Shown: piece by piece, positions 43,875 to 60,725 of the stretch
How the letters are laid out: each line of letters begins with the position of its first letter
Position numbering within the stretch: the stretch's first letter is position 1
Source of the DNA: the human T2T-CHM13v2.0 reference genome, Homo sapiens
DNA length: 64,000 nt
Reading direction: 5' to 3' (one strand)
Assembly: GCF_009914755.1 (NCBI RefSeq)
Contig: NC_060928.1
Position numbers and translations under genes: made by a program
Notes under the pieces: model-generated
What the model saw: the letters and a program-made list of their open reading frames with translations, nothing else
Told to the model about the DNA's origin: nothing
Databases searched by the model: none

Positions 43875-44940
43875 TGTTACAGTAGGTAACTAGTCAGATG
43901 TGAGCAGGGCAGGAGAGAGCCCCGCCAAATACCAGGAATGTCAGGTGGCCATCAGGTGATGGTCAAGTGGTTGTTAACTGCCTCTTTAAAATAATAATTG
44001 GTTGCAGCTGGTGCCAGGGAACAGCAGTCTCCCAACAGATAGTAAAGACTTGAAATTGGTGATCAGCAGCTTCCCGATAAGAACTCAGGAGTTGGGCAAG
44101 TGGGCTCGCACATGTGCATTAAGAGGCAAAATGGCAGAGTATAACTAGTATATCATCTTCTAGGAACATTCTACTGGTAAGGAAGAAAGCCTCAAGTGAG
44201 CATGTGCACAACTTCTGTAAAAACACTGCATATGTGGCTCCTCCCAAGTGCTGGCAGGTCACTGTGCATGTGAACAGCCCGCCCCAAGGGAAGAAACACG
44301 GGAGAAGGGATGTGATATGGTTTGGCTGTGTCCCCACCCAAATCACATCTTGAATTGTAGTTCTCATAATCCCCACCTGTCATAGGAGGTAACTGAATCA
44401 TGGGGGTGATTACCTCCATGCTGTTCTCCTGAGAGTGAGTTCTCATGAGATCTGATGGTTTTTTAAGGGATTTTTCTCCCTCTTTGCTCTGCAATTCTCC
44501 TTGCTGCTGCCATGTGAAGAAGTATATGTTTGCTTCCCACTTCTGCCATGATTGTAAGTTTCTTGAGGTCTCCCCAGCCCTGCAGAACCGTGAATCAATT
44601 AAACCTCTTTCCATTATAAATCACCCAGTCTCGGGTATGTCCTTATAGTAGTGTGAGAATGGACTAATACAGGATGCAACCTTCCAGAAGTACGCCACTG
44701 TATAAAAGCTCAAGTCAAAAGTTAAGCTGTGCAGTTGGTCTCTCCAGTCACCTGCCTGCCCTTCTTTCAAGTGTGCGTTACTTCCTTTTCTTCCTGCTCT
44801 AAAGCTTTTCAATAAACATTTACTCCTGTTTGAAAACTTGCCTCAGTTTCTTTGTCTTATGCTCCTTGGTTAAATTCTTTCTTCTTAGGAGGTGAGAATT
44901 AAAGGTGCCACAGATTCGTACAGATTTGCTGCTGGTAACA
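43875..44940 (+). mobile_element. MER50 solo LTR
   Basis: tgttacagtaggtaactagtcagatgtgagcagggcaggagag...ggtaaca; TSD ttat. Confidence 0.85.
44313..44671 (+). mobile_element. THE1C/D solo LTR nested in MER50
   Basis: tgatatggtttggctgtgtccccacccaaat...ggactaataca; perfect TSD ggatg. Confidence 0.92.
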
Positions 44941-45027
44941 TTATCAAGAAACTTGCACCCAAACATTGGGAGAATAAGGCTAAAGAAACGCTGCTGAAAT
45001 ATAAATGTGCATTTGAAGATTCCCATT

Positions 45028-45483
45028 CTAGGGGGTGGAGCAAAGATGGCCGAATAGGAACAGCTCCGGTCTACAGCTCCCAGCGTGAGCGACGCACAAG
45101 ATGGGTGATTTCTGCATTTCCATCTGAGGTACCGGGATCATCTCACTAGGGAGTGCCAGACACTGGGCGCAGGACAGTGGGTACAGTGCACCGTGCGTGA
45201 GCCAAAGCAGGGAGAGGCATTGCCTCACTCGGGAAGCACAAGGGGTCAGGGAGTTCCCTTTCCTAGTCAAAGAAAGGGGTGACAGATGGCACCTGGAAAA
45301 TTGGGTCACTCCCACCCTAACACTGCGCTTTTCCGAAGGGCTTAAAAAACGACGCACCAGGAGATTATATCCCCCACCTGGCTTGGAGGGTCCTACACCC
45401 ATGGAGTCTCGCTGATTGCTAGCACGGCAGTCTGACATTGAACTGCAAGGCGGCAGCGAGGCTGGGGGAGGGGTGCCCGCCAT
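45028..45483 (-). CDS. L1 ORF0 homolog, open for 151 codons (putative)
   Basis: MAGTPPPASLPPCS...GVGPSKPG...GVTQFSRC matches the ORF0 N-terminus; stop lies in the TSD; translation unproven. Confidence 0.55.
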   Translation of the reverse strand: MAGTPPPASLPPCSSMSDCRASNQRDSMGVGPSKPGGGYNLLVRRFLSPSEKRSVRVGVTQFSRCHLSPLSLTRKGNSLTPCASRVRQCLSLLWLTHGALYPLSCAQCLALPSEMIPVPQMEMQKSPILCVAHAGSCRPELFLFGHLCSTP

Positions 45484-46066
45484 TGCCCAGGCTTGCTTAG
45501 GTAAACAAAGCAGCCCGGAAGCTCAAACTGGGTGGAGCCCACCACAGCTCAAGCAGGCCTGCCTGCCTCTGTAGGCTCCACCTCTGGGGGCAGGGCACAG
45601 ACAAACAAAAAGACAGCAGTAACCTCTGCAGACTTAAATGTCCCTGTCTGACAGCTTTGAAGAGACCAGTGGTTCTCCCAGCACGCAGCTGGAGATCTGA
45701 GAACGGGCAGACTGCTTCCTCAAGTGGGTGCCTGACCCCTGACCCCCGAGCAGCCTAACTGGGAGGCACCTCCCAGTAGGGGCAGACTGACACCTCACAC
45801 GGCCGGGTACTCCTCTGAGACAAAACTTCCAGAGGAACGATCAGACAGCAGCATTCGCGGTTCATGAAAATCCACTGTTCTGCAGCCACCGCTGCTGGTA
45901 CCCAGGTAAACAGCGTCTGGAGTGGACCTCTAGCAAACTCCAACAGACCTGCAGCTGAGGGTCTTGTCTGTTAGAAGGAAAACTAACAAACAGAAAGGAC
46001 ACCCACACCAAAAACCCATCTGTACATCACCATCATCAAAGACCAAAAGTAAATAAAACCACAAAG

Positions 46067-47078
46067 ATGGGGAAAAAACAGAGCAGAAAAACGAAACTCT
46101 AAAAGCAGAGCGCCTCTCCTCCTCCAAAGGAACGCAGCTCCTCACCAGCAACGGAACAAAGCTGGAGGGAGAATGACTTGGACGAGTTGAGAGAAGAAGG
46201 CTTCAGACGATCAAACTACTCCAAGCTACGGGAGGAAATTCAAACTGAAGGCAAAGAAGTTGAAAACTTTGAAAAAAATTTAGGCGAATGTATAACTAGA
46301 ATAACCAATAGAGAAGTGCTCAAAGGAGCTGATGGAGCTGAAAACCAAGGCTAGAGAACTACGAGAAGAATGCAGAAGCCTCCGGAGCCGATGCGATCAA
46401 CTGGAAGAAAGGCTATCAGTGACGGAAGATGAAATGAATGAAATAAAGCAAGAAGGGAAGTTTAGAGAAAAAAGAATAAAAAGAAACGAACAAAGCCTCC
46501 AAGAAATATGGGACTATGTGAAAAGACCAAATGTACGTCTGATTGGTGTACGTGAACATGACGGGGAGAATGGAAACAAGTTGGAAAACACTCTGAAGGA
46601 TATTATCCAGGAGAACTTCCCCAATCTAGCAAGGCAGGCCAACATTCAGATTCAGGAAATACAGAGAATGCCACAAAGATACTCCTCGAGAAGAGCAACT
46701 CCAAGACACATAATTGTCAGATTCACCAAAGTTGAAATGAAGGAAAAAATGTTAAGGGCAGCCAGAGAGAAAGGTCGGGTTACCCTCAAAGGGAAGCCCA
46801 TCAGACTAACAGCTGATCGCTAGGCAGAAACTCTACAAGCCAGAAGAGAGTGGGGGCCAATATTCAACATTCTTAAAGAAAAGAATTTTCAACCCAGAAT
46901 TTCATATCCCGCCAAACTAAGCTTCATAAGTGAAGGACAAATAAAATACTTTACAGACAAGCAAATGCTGAGAGATTTTGTCACCACCAGGCCTGCCCTA
47001 AAAGAGCTCCTGAAGGAAGCGCTAAACATGGAAAGGAACAACTGGTACCAGCCACTGCAAAATCAAGCCAAATTGTAA
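46067..47078 (+). pseudogene. L1 ORF1, disrupted
   Basis: ATGGGGAAAAAACAG start; frameshifts; premature TAG at 46821-46823; 163-aa fragment in ORF track. Confidence 0.92.
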
Positions 47079-47141
47079 AGACCATTGAGGCTAGGAAGAA
47101 ACTGCATCAACTAACGAGCAAAATAACCAGCTAACATCATC

Positions 47142-50967
<3,826 letters not shown>

Positions 50968-53443
50968 ACAATGAGAACACATGGACACAGGAAGGGGAAC
51001 ATCACACTCTGGGGACTGATGTGGGGTGGGCAGAGGGGGGAGGGATAGCTTTAGGAGATATACCTAATGCGAAATGACGAGTTAATGGGTGCAGCACACC
51101 AGCATGGCACATGTATACATATGTAACTAACCTGCACATTGTGCACATGTACCCTAAAACTTAAAGCATAATAAAATAAAATAAAAGAAGATTCCCATTC
51201 TAGCGGCTGGTCCTGTTAAAAATCAGGTTAGTCTAATCCATGTTCTGCTGAATGGGTTCAAGATACCCAGAGCAGGTAAAAAGATGGGAAATGTTTAAAA
51301 CTCCCTGTGGCATATTGTATCAGGAGGAAAGTAGATTCACTGATGGTCCATTGGGTTAATATTTGTCAAATGAAATACTATTTTGCTAAATAAGCTTCAT
51401 TAGTGCTTAAATTTTAGACACAGACAAATTAATTTATATGCCTAGAAAGATACTTCTACCACCCCTATCATCTACATTATCAAAGTGCAAATTCCCCAAA
51501 GAAATGAGGGGCATCCCTTCACATCACTTGGCATAGTTTTGCTTTGTTGTATTTTAAGGTTGATCTATTATCTCTTACATACAAACTTACCACTTAACTA
51601 GCTGTGTGACCAAGGCAAGTTGCTTAACCTGTCTGAGTCTCAGTTTTTCCAGTGAAAAGGAAATAGTACCTGGTGCCTACGGAGTACCTACTGAACAGTA
51701 GCTGTCATCATCATTACCACTTTATTATTTTCACTATTTCACATCATTATTAAATAGGATTAAATCCTATTTCACATCATTATTACATAGGATTTCTTTC
51801 AAGTTGCACAAAACAGATAAAAATAATGGTTTGCCATATTGAGCGTTTCCCCCTATTTTAAAGAGGTTTCTTCATTTCTAATGATAAAGTACATGCACAA
51901 TATAAAAAAAATCTTTACAGTGGAGATGCCTAGTGAAGAATAGTGAATTTTTAAGATGCAGCCAGTGCTTTCTTTAAGGCAGTGGGTAAATATGGGGGAA
52001 ATGAGAGAGGAAACAACAGTGATACAATTTTGAAAGTTAGAAACTGGATGACTGATTGGGAAAGAACTATATAGATCCCAAAAAACTGAATCCTAAGTAA
52101 GCCATGGAGTAAGCAAGAAGCAACATAATTTAAACTGCAGATCTACCTTCCCAAGTCACAGAAAATGTAGTCATCAGACACATCTAGAAGTGGGAGGTAA
52201 AAGATGGAGCTAAAACAGAAGAAAAGGATAAACATCTCATTAGGAAACAGGCTCCCAGAATTCCCCCCACCCATCCTTTGCTCAGCAGGCCACTCTCTTC
52301 CCTACAACCAGCAGATGACTGGAGATTTAGTCTCAGGAAAAGTCTCTGAATTTAGGGAAGGAAACTCAGGCACATCTGAAAACACAGGGTCCTAGTGAAA
52401 GTTTACATACTGACTACTAAAACCCCAGCTCTCTTCCTGCATTTGGCTTCCCAAATGTTGGGCAGCCATGCCTTTACCATCTAGACAAAAGACTTGGAGC
52501 GGTCTTTTTTGGGGGATTCAACTAGCCTTGATGAAAGATCTAAAGATACTCACACTGGGGATTCCCCTACAGAGTGCGCAGCCCAGCCACCAGACTGAAG
52601 GCCACAGTCTACGGGCCCTGGCTATAGGCTCAGAGCCTTATTATCCCACTCTTAAATATCATCAGACCACCAAAGATGACCACATACCTGGGAAAGCCTG
52701 TAATGAACATGGAGGTAAGAGTGAACATGCAGGAATTTAAAAAAAAAATCTTTAATATTCTTAGAAAGATATAACAAGTTATAGCAGCCTCAAAACAATA
52801 AGAGAATGTTTTTTCTTTAGGAAGACAGCATTGGGATGGTGGAGGAAGATGCTCTTGAAGAATTAGAAATTGATTGAAAACATAAATGAAAAACTCAATT
52901 AAAGGCTTATAAGATAAAACTTAGGCTATCTCCCAGCAAGTGAAGCAAAAAGACAAATAGTAAAAAAAAGGAAAAAAAAAAAAACAATGGACGAGAGGTC
53001 AACACTGGAATCCCGAGAGTTCTAGAAAGACAAATTAGAGAATAGGAGATGTAATCATTAATAAAATTCAGGAAAATTTCCCAGACTTCTAGATTGGTCA
53101 AACTATCAGTTGAGTATGAGGGCAGAATAGAAACATTTTCAGTCTTAGAAAAATCTGAAAAATTCCAAAATATTCAGTTTCCTATGTGCCCTTTCCCAGG
53201 AAACTAATAAAAGATGTGTTTCACTAACAACAACGATAAAACCAGGAAAGAGAGGAGTGAAGGGAATTCACAGTGTGACCCCAAGATGGCAGCTGTGCAT
53301 GAGGCACAGAGGTCAGTTTCCAACTGGAGCACATCAGAGGCAGAGAGTGAGATGTACCCTGAAAGATGGGATTAACAGAAGATGTGACATGTGTGATGGT
53401 CCTGATAGTGTATTTGGTCTACCATCAAGAAGAGGATTAATAA

Positions 53444-53765
53444 AGCTGGGCATGGTGGCTCATGCCTATAATCCCTGCACTTTGGGAGGGCAAGGCAGAA
53501 GAAATGCTTGAGGCCAAGAGTTCAAGACCAGCCTGGGCAATGTAGTGAGAAACCTGTCCCTATAAAAAATTTTAAAATAAAAAATTTTAAAAATTAGTAG
53601 GGTAGTGCATGCCTGTAATCCCAGCTACCTTGGAGGCTGACGCAGAAGAATCACTTGTACCACCCTGGAGTTCAAGGTTACAGTGAGCTATGACTGTGCC
53701 ACTGCACTCAACCCTGAGCTACAGAGCAAGACATTGCCTCTTAAAAAAAAAAAAAAAAAAAAAAA
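53444..53765 (+). mobile_element. AluJ
   Basis: Diverged Alu; TSD aagaagaggattaa/aagaagtggattaa. Confidence 0.88.
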
Positions 53766-53816
53766 GTAAAAAGAAGTGGATTAAATTGATGATAAATACA
53801 TAGAAAAGTAACTAAA

Positions 53817-54234
53817 AAGGAAACTAAAGAACAATATTAACTCCAGGAAAACCAAAAAGTTATAAAGTAGAGAAAAAGGATTCCAGTTTTCTACAAGATT
53901 CAACTGTGAATAATAATTAAGTGCTTATAATCATAGAAACCATAAATACTGATCTAACTATGGTGGGGGATGAGGAAAGAGCTGATAAGTGGTCCAGGTT
54001 TAGAGAAGAAAGAGAGTAAAATAGTTTCCTAAGGAAACTAAAGAACAATATTAACTCCAGGAAAAACAAAAAGTTATACAGTAAAGAAAAAGGATTCTAG
54101 TTTCCCACAAGATTCAACTGTAGGTAACATTTACATGCTTATAATCATAGAAGCCATAAATACTGACCTAAATATGGTGGGGGATAATGAAAGGGCTGAT
54201 TTGTGGTACAGGTTGAGTGAAGAGAGTAAAATAG
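53817..54234. repeat. Two-copy ~210-bp tandem duplication
   Basis: Copies 53817-54024 and 54031-54234 both start aaggaaactaaagaacaatattaactccagg and end agagagtaaaatag. Confidence 0.93.
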
Positions 54235-55796
54235 AGTAAATCCTCATCTTTTATAAAGGAAATAGATAGGAAAAGGAAATAGATAATCCCAAATTACAGA
54301 AATCAAGAAGTAGCAAAGCAAGCATGCTATTTAGAGTTATGGAGGTAAGCACCAAAAGACCAAGCTAAACAGTTAGAAGCTGTTAACTCTGGGGAGCTGA
54401 AAATGTGTGTGTGTGTGCATGGCTGGGGGAAGCTGCTCTTCTTTCAGCAGAAGCCTTGTAGAATTATTTGACTGTTTAAAAGAAGGCATGCGTATGTTTG
54501 ATAAAAATGAAAAGTAAAATTTAAAAATAGACAATCTAGAAAAGTGGGAGAAAAGTTACTAAATTAAAACCATCCAAAGATAGCCAGGGTAACCTTTTGG
54601 CATGTGAAAGGTCCAAACTGGATAGATTAGAAAGGTAAGATGAAGTCTGACCATGAGGCCTTGAATGCCAAGCTCAGGAATCTGAATTTTATTGGGGTCA
54701 GTGGGAAGCTATGGAATGTCTCTCAAAATGGTGCTTCAGGGAGATGAATTTGACAGAGGCTGCCTCAAGGGATAAGACGGGGCAAGGGGAGATGTGAGGA
54801 TAACTGTCTGCAGACTTTCCCAATCTTTATGGATGGATGGATTTTTCTCTTCCCTTCCTAAATGGATTCCCTTTCAACATGCCTTCTTTTCTGAGCTCTT
54901 TAAGGACTATCAGGGTTCTCTCTTGTCAGGTCACTGAAAAGCAGCACATTATTCTGATGCTTAAACTCTAGTCCCTTCTGAAGTCAGAGAGAGTGAAGGA
55001 CCATTCCTGACAAGAACCAACTACCCCTGCATAATTGCCAAGGCAGCTGCAGAAACAGAATAGGATGCACCGTCGCTGGCAATCAGGAGTTCCACTTCTG
55101 AATGAAGGCATTTCTAGTGAATGGTGCATGCACGACACATCATGAAATCTGGAAACAGTGAATGAATAGTGGATGGGTGAAGAGATACATGGTAGATGTG
55201 CCATGCAGACAGAGAGCAAGATCATTATAATAAGACCAGAAATAACGGGTGAAGAGGAAATATGGTTATGTCATTTTCATTTATAATTAAGTGTTCCTAA
55301 AGACTATTTGTGAGAAATTTGTGTATACGCTGTTCAAAAACAGCACAAGAATCACACCAAAGAGGAACTGAAATGTCCTTTCATTTCTGCATCCATCAAA
55401 TGGATCTGCTAGCCGAATGCAGGGATGGACATGGAGAGGCCTGTGCTTTAGGCTCTGTTCTACCATGTACCAGCTTTGTGACCTTGGATAAGCCTCTCAC
55501 TCTTTCTGAGACTCAGTATTCTCATCTGTGAAATGGAGATAGTAATAGTTGCTCTGCCTGCTTCACTACAGAGGGGTGTAGGATACATGCAGAGGGTCTA
55601 GGATTGTTTAAAATATCAAGGGGTTGAAAACAACCTAAATATCCAGTAGTTGAGGGCGGATGAAATCACTTAAGGCTCACATATACAGTGAAATGCTATG
55701 CCGCTGTGAAAAGTAACAAGGGAACTCTCATATATTGATATCAAAAATCTTCAAGTTTCAGATAAAGCAAAAAGCAGAAATAGATAAGTAGATAAG

Positions 55797-56915
55797 CAGT
55801 TGACTCTTGAATAACACGGGTTTGAATTGCCTGTTTCCACTCACACGTGGATTTGCTTTCAATTAAAGTTACGTCAGTGTTAAGTGAAATAAGGCAGCCA
55901 CAGAAAGACAAACATCACATGTTCATACTCATATACGTGAGCAAAAAGAACGGATCTCATGGAGGTAGAGGGTGGAAGGATAGTTACCACAGGTGGGGAA
56001 GGTTGTGGGGGAGACAAAAGAGGCTGGTTAATGAGGACAAACATACAGTTAGATAGAAGAAATAAGACATAGTGTTCAACAGCAGATTAGGGTGACTATA
56101 GTTAATAACAAAGTATTTTCTATTTCAAAATAACAAGAAGGGAGGACTTAAATGTTCCCAACACACAGAAATGATAAATACATGGAGTGATAGATATCCT
56201 AAATACCCTGACTTGACCATTATACATCCTATGTATGTAACAAAATATTACCATGCATCCCATAAATATGTACCAATATTGTATCAGTTAAAATATTTTA
56301 AGTTACACTGAGGGTGCCTGCGTTTCCTGCCTCCCCTTCCACCTCCTTCAACTCTTCCACCTCTGCCACCCCCGAGACAGCAAGACCAATCCTTCCTCTT
56401 ACTCCTCCTCCTCCTCAGCCTATTCAATGTGAAGATGATGAGGATGAAGACCTTTATGATGATCCACTTCCACTTAATGAACAGTAAATATACTTTCTCT
56501 TCCTCATGATTTTCTTAAAAACATTTTCTTTTCCCTAGCTTACTTTCTTACACATATTTAATAACATACAAAATATTACTCAACTGTTTATGTTATTTGT
56601 AAGGCTTCTGTCAACAGTAGGCTATTAGGATAATGGCATATTTGGGGGGAGTCAGATGTTACACACGAGTTCTACTCATGCACATCACGCGCAGGACTTA
56701 GCCGAAGACTTGAGGATGCCCTGCAGATCTCTGGAGTGTGCTCTGTCTCTTTCTGTTGGAGCTACCTTGTCTTTGGGAACTCTGCTCTACAAATCATAGA
56801 CACAGTAGCCTCTGAAATCTTGATTTTTGTTTGTTTAATGTGGTGAGCCTGCTGGGCTCCACCCGTGATGTGTGAGGGGTCAGCACCCCAACCCCCATGT
56901 TGTTCAAGGGTCAGA
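55797..56915. mobile_element. Tigger2a-like DNA transposon with nested L1MA 3' fragment (~55873-56300) and a second insert (~56680-56870)
   Basis: TIRs cagttgactcttgaataacac / tgttgttcaagggtca; gaagatgatgaggatgaagacctttatgatgatccac core; aagttac duplicated around the L1. Confidence 0.85.
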
Positions 56916-56990
56916 TAGACAGATGACAGATAGATAGATGGATGGATGGATGGATAGATAAGATAGATAGATAGATGTGGACAGACAGAT
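56913..56990. repeat. Compound (GATA)/(GATG)/(GACA)n microsatellite
   Basis: Directly visible. Confidence 0.9.
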
Positions 56991-59864
56991 CTATTTCCAA
57001 TCATTGGTAAGTAAAACATGAACCACATAATTTGTGCTGTGTCTCCAATCTACTTTGTGGAATCGCTCAGATGTTGAAGCAAGAGAAAGAAGGCACATTA
57101 TCTGTCCTGCCCAGGAACTCAGCAAAGAAGGGCTTGGCCAGGAGGCATTTTGAGTGACAGCCTTACAGTCCAACAGATCTGACAAACTTGCCCCAAGCTG
57201 AGGAGACTGGCTTGAGGCCAGTGCAGGTGGCCAGAATGTCCCTGCACCGAGTGGACACTGCACTGGGGAGGGTGGCGGGACTGACCCAACTGAGCATCAC
57301 TTACAGCAACTTTGACATCTCCCCCTCAGGTCAACCGTATCCTTGCTGTGGCATGAGACCTTCCTGTGCCACGGGGACCTGTAGGTTCACAGAAGCCAAT
57401 CCCCTTCCTGACGGGACTGCTGTAACTTTCAGCACAGGCTGACATGCAGAAGGAAAGGACTAGGTCAAACTAAGATGAGGCCCAAACCCCCTAAGCCAAC
57501 CACAGCAGAGGTTAGGAGAGGAGGACGGACCAATAGAGACCTCCTCACTGGTACTCCCCACCAAATATTCTCTACAAAATGCCTAAATCTTGTTGATTTT
57601 ACTTCAAAACATCTGAGCTGCTAAGTGCAGCCTTGCAGACCTCATGACCCGGCTCCCACCCACCTCTTAATACTCCCTTTTCCATACTCAGCGGAAAACA
57701 CCCAGCCTTTTTGAGAACAAATCTTTTAAAGCAGACCTACTGTAAAGCCACAAGGTAAGCCTCAATACATTCCAAAGAATCTTCATACATACTTTGATCT
57801 CTAAGATGCAATGAAATTAGAAATCAATAATAAATCAATAACACTTTTGGCGGAATCCACAGAAGGGCATCACCTTGGTAGTGGGAGTAAATTAGTCTTG
57901 ATTAAACGCAGCTGTTAACCCAAGCCAACAGAGCTTAAAAGCAAGTCTTCAAAGGATAAAACTGATTCCAGGTAATTCAACTACTTGTCAGAGCTCTAAC
58001 CCTATTAAAGAGAACACAATGAAATCCAGTACCCAACACATGAAATTTACAATGCCCAGCATCCAATCTAAAATTACCAAGCATGCAAAAAAGCAGGAAT
58101 ATAAGATCCATAAACCAGAGAAAACCCAATCAATAGAAATGAGAGAGACGGTGGAACAAGCAGATAAGGACATTGAAACAGCAATTAGAAAAAGAAACGA
58201 GGTGTAAGAATTGGGAGGCTACAAAGTTGTAATCATTTGTTGACATTATGACTGCATAAAACATTAATGGAATCAACAGATAAATCCTAGGAGGTAGGCG
58301 CTTCTATTATCCACACTTGAATGATGAGTACGTTAAGGTGGAGAAAGGTTAAATAACTTGCTCAAGGTCACACAGCTAGAACATGGCAGAGCTCAGACTC
58401 TGGAGCCAGCAGTCTGGCTCCCAGGATAGCATACAGAAGTCCGGAAAGGCTTATAAAAATTAGTTACATGTTTTATGCCAGCATTGAATAATCTAAAACA
58501 TATAATCAAATCATTCACAATTACAGCCAAACCTATATTGTGTCTGGGAATCACCATAAAGAATACACAAGACCTTATGTATAAGGTCACCATATGATTT
58601 CTCTCCTAAGCTGAGAGAGAAAGGGAGGGCTCATGGGAAGGGACATGAGGATGATAAGGAAACTGGGACCGTCTCAAGCAAATTGAGATGTACGATCTCT
58701 CTACTCATGAAAACAATTGTAAAATTTCACTAGAGCTCCTAAAAGAAGCTCCAAATAAGAAATATTCTACATTTTTTGATAGGATAGGCAACTACTAAAT
58801 GAATCTGTAAGTTTAATGCAATCATAATAGAAATTTATTCAGAAACTTGATTAACTTATTCTAAAATATATATGCCCTCCAATGTCTTCCAGGCTGCAAA
58901 TTCTGTGTCTGTGCATTTGTAATCAGTCCATCAGAAGGACCAGACATCTGTAGCTGACTTTCCCATTTCTCATCTGGTCACTTTGGCCCCACAGGATAGC
59001 TACCTGTGACCAGAGCTGACACCTTCCTCCCTTAATCCACCAGCTGTACAGAAAAAGTGGCAGCCAGAGGCTCATATTTGTCGGTCTCTCCTTTCCTCCA
59101 AGAATCAGTCATACAAGTCTTTCTGAATTAGTTGCACAGCCACTCATTCGAGGTAGAGTTACAGAGTAGTCAGGTGGATTTTCTATCTGAAAGCAGAATG
59201 CAAACTTCCAAATGCTTGATGGAAGAACTGGCTGCTTACCTGAAACTGTGAACATCTCAAAAGCAGAAACTTAAAACTGCGTCACACAGAGGAATCACCA
59301 CACAAAACATTCCCTAAAGAAGGAAGCAGAAGGAACAGGGATGGGGGAGAACAGAGAAGGGCAAGGAGAAGACAGAAAATGAGAGAAAGGGGAGGAGACA
59401 GGGGAGGCAGTGGGAAGAACACAAAGAGTCATCTTGGGAGGTGAAGGCCTTCTCATCCTAACAGCTCCCTGCAGTCCCAGCCACAGTCCCGGGCTATGGA
59501 GGCAGACACACCAACTCCACCACTCGATGCTGGTGTGGCTGCGGACAATTTTCCCAATGCCTCCTGGCCTCTCTTTCCCCTTCTGTTGGATGGAAGAGTC
59601 CAGACAAGGGCCATATCAATTTGGGACTGAGGGTTGGCATGGATATCTGCAGAAGATTTCAGTAAAGGAAGGGGTCACCCAGCAGGTGCTCCCAGTCCCA
59701 GCATACTCTGCAGCCCAACGGTGAATTCAAAGTCCCTCTGGGGACACCACATGGCCTGCCAGACTTGGGCTCCACAGTGGGCCTCTTGGGCAGTGTCAGC
59801 AAGATGCAGCTCCATCTTTCCAGCTTCATGAACTCCAAGGGACCTCCCACTCTCAAGACATGAT

Positions 59865-60725
<861 letters not shown>

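Larger units (their letters stand above)
52000..54530 (+). mobile_element. Very old L1ME/HAL1-like remnant; boundaries approximate
   Basis: A-rich decayed ORF1-like and 3' motifs. Confidence 0.5.
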
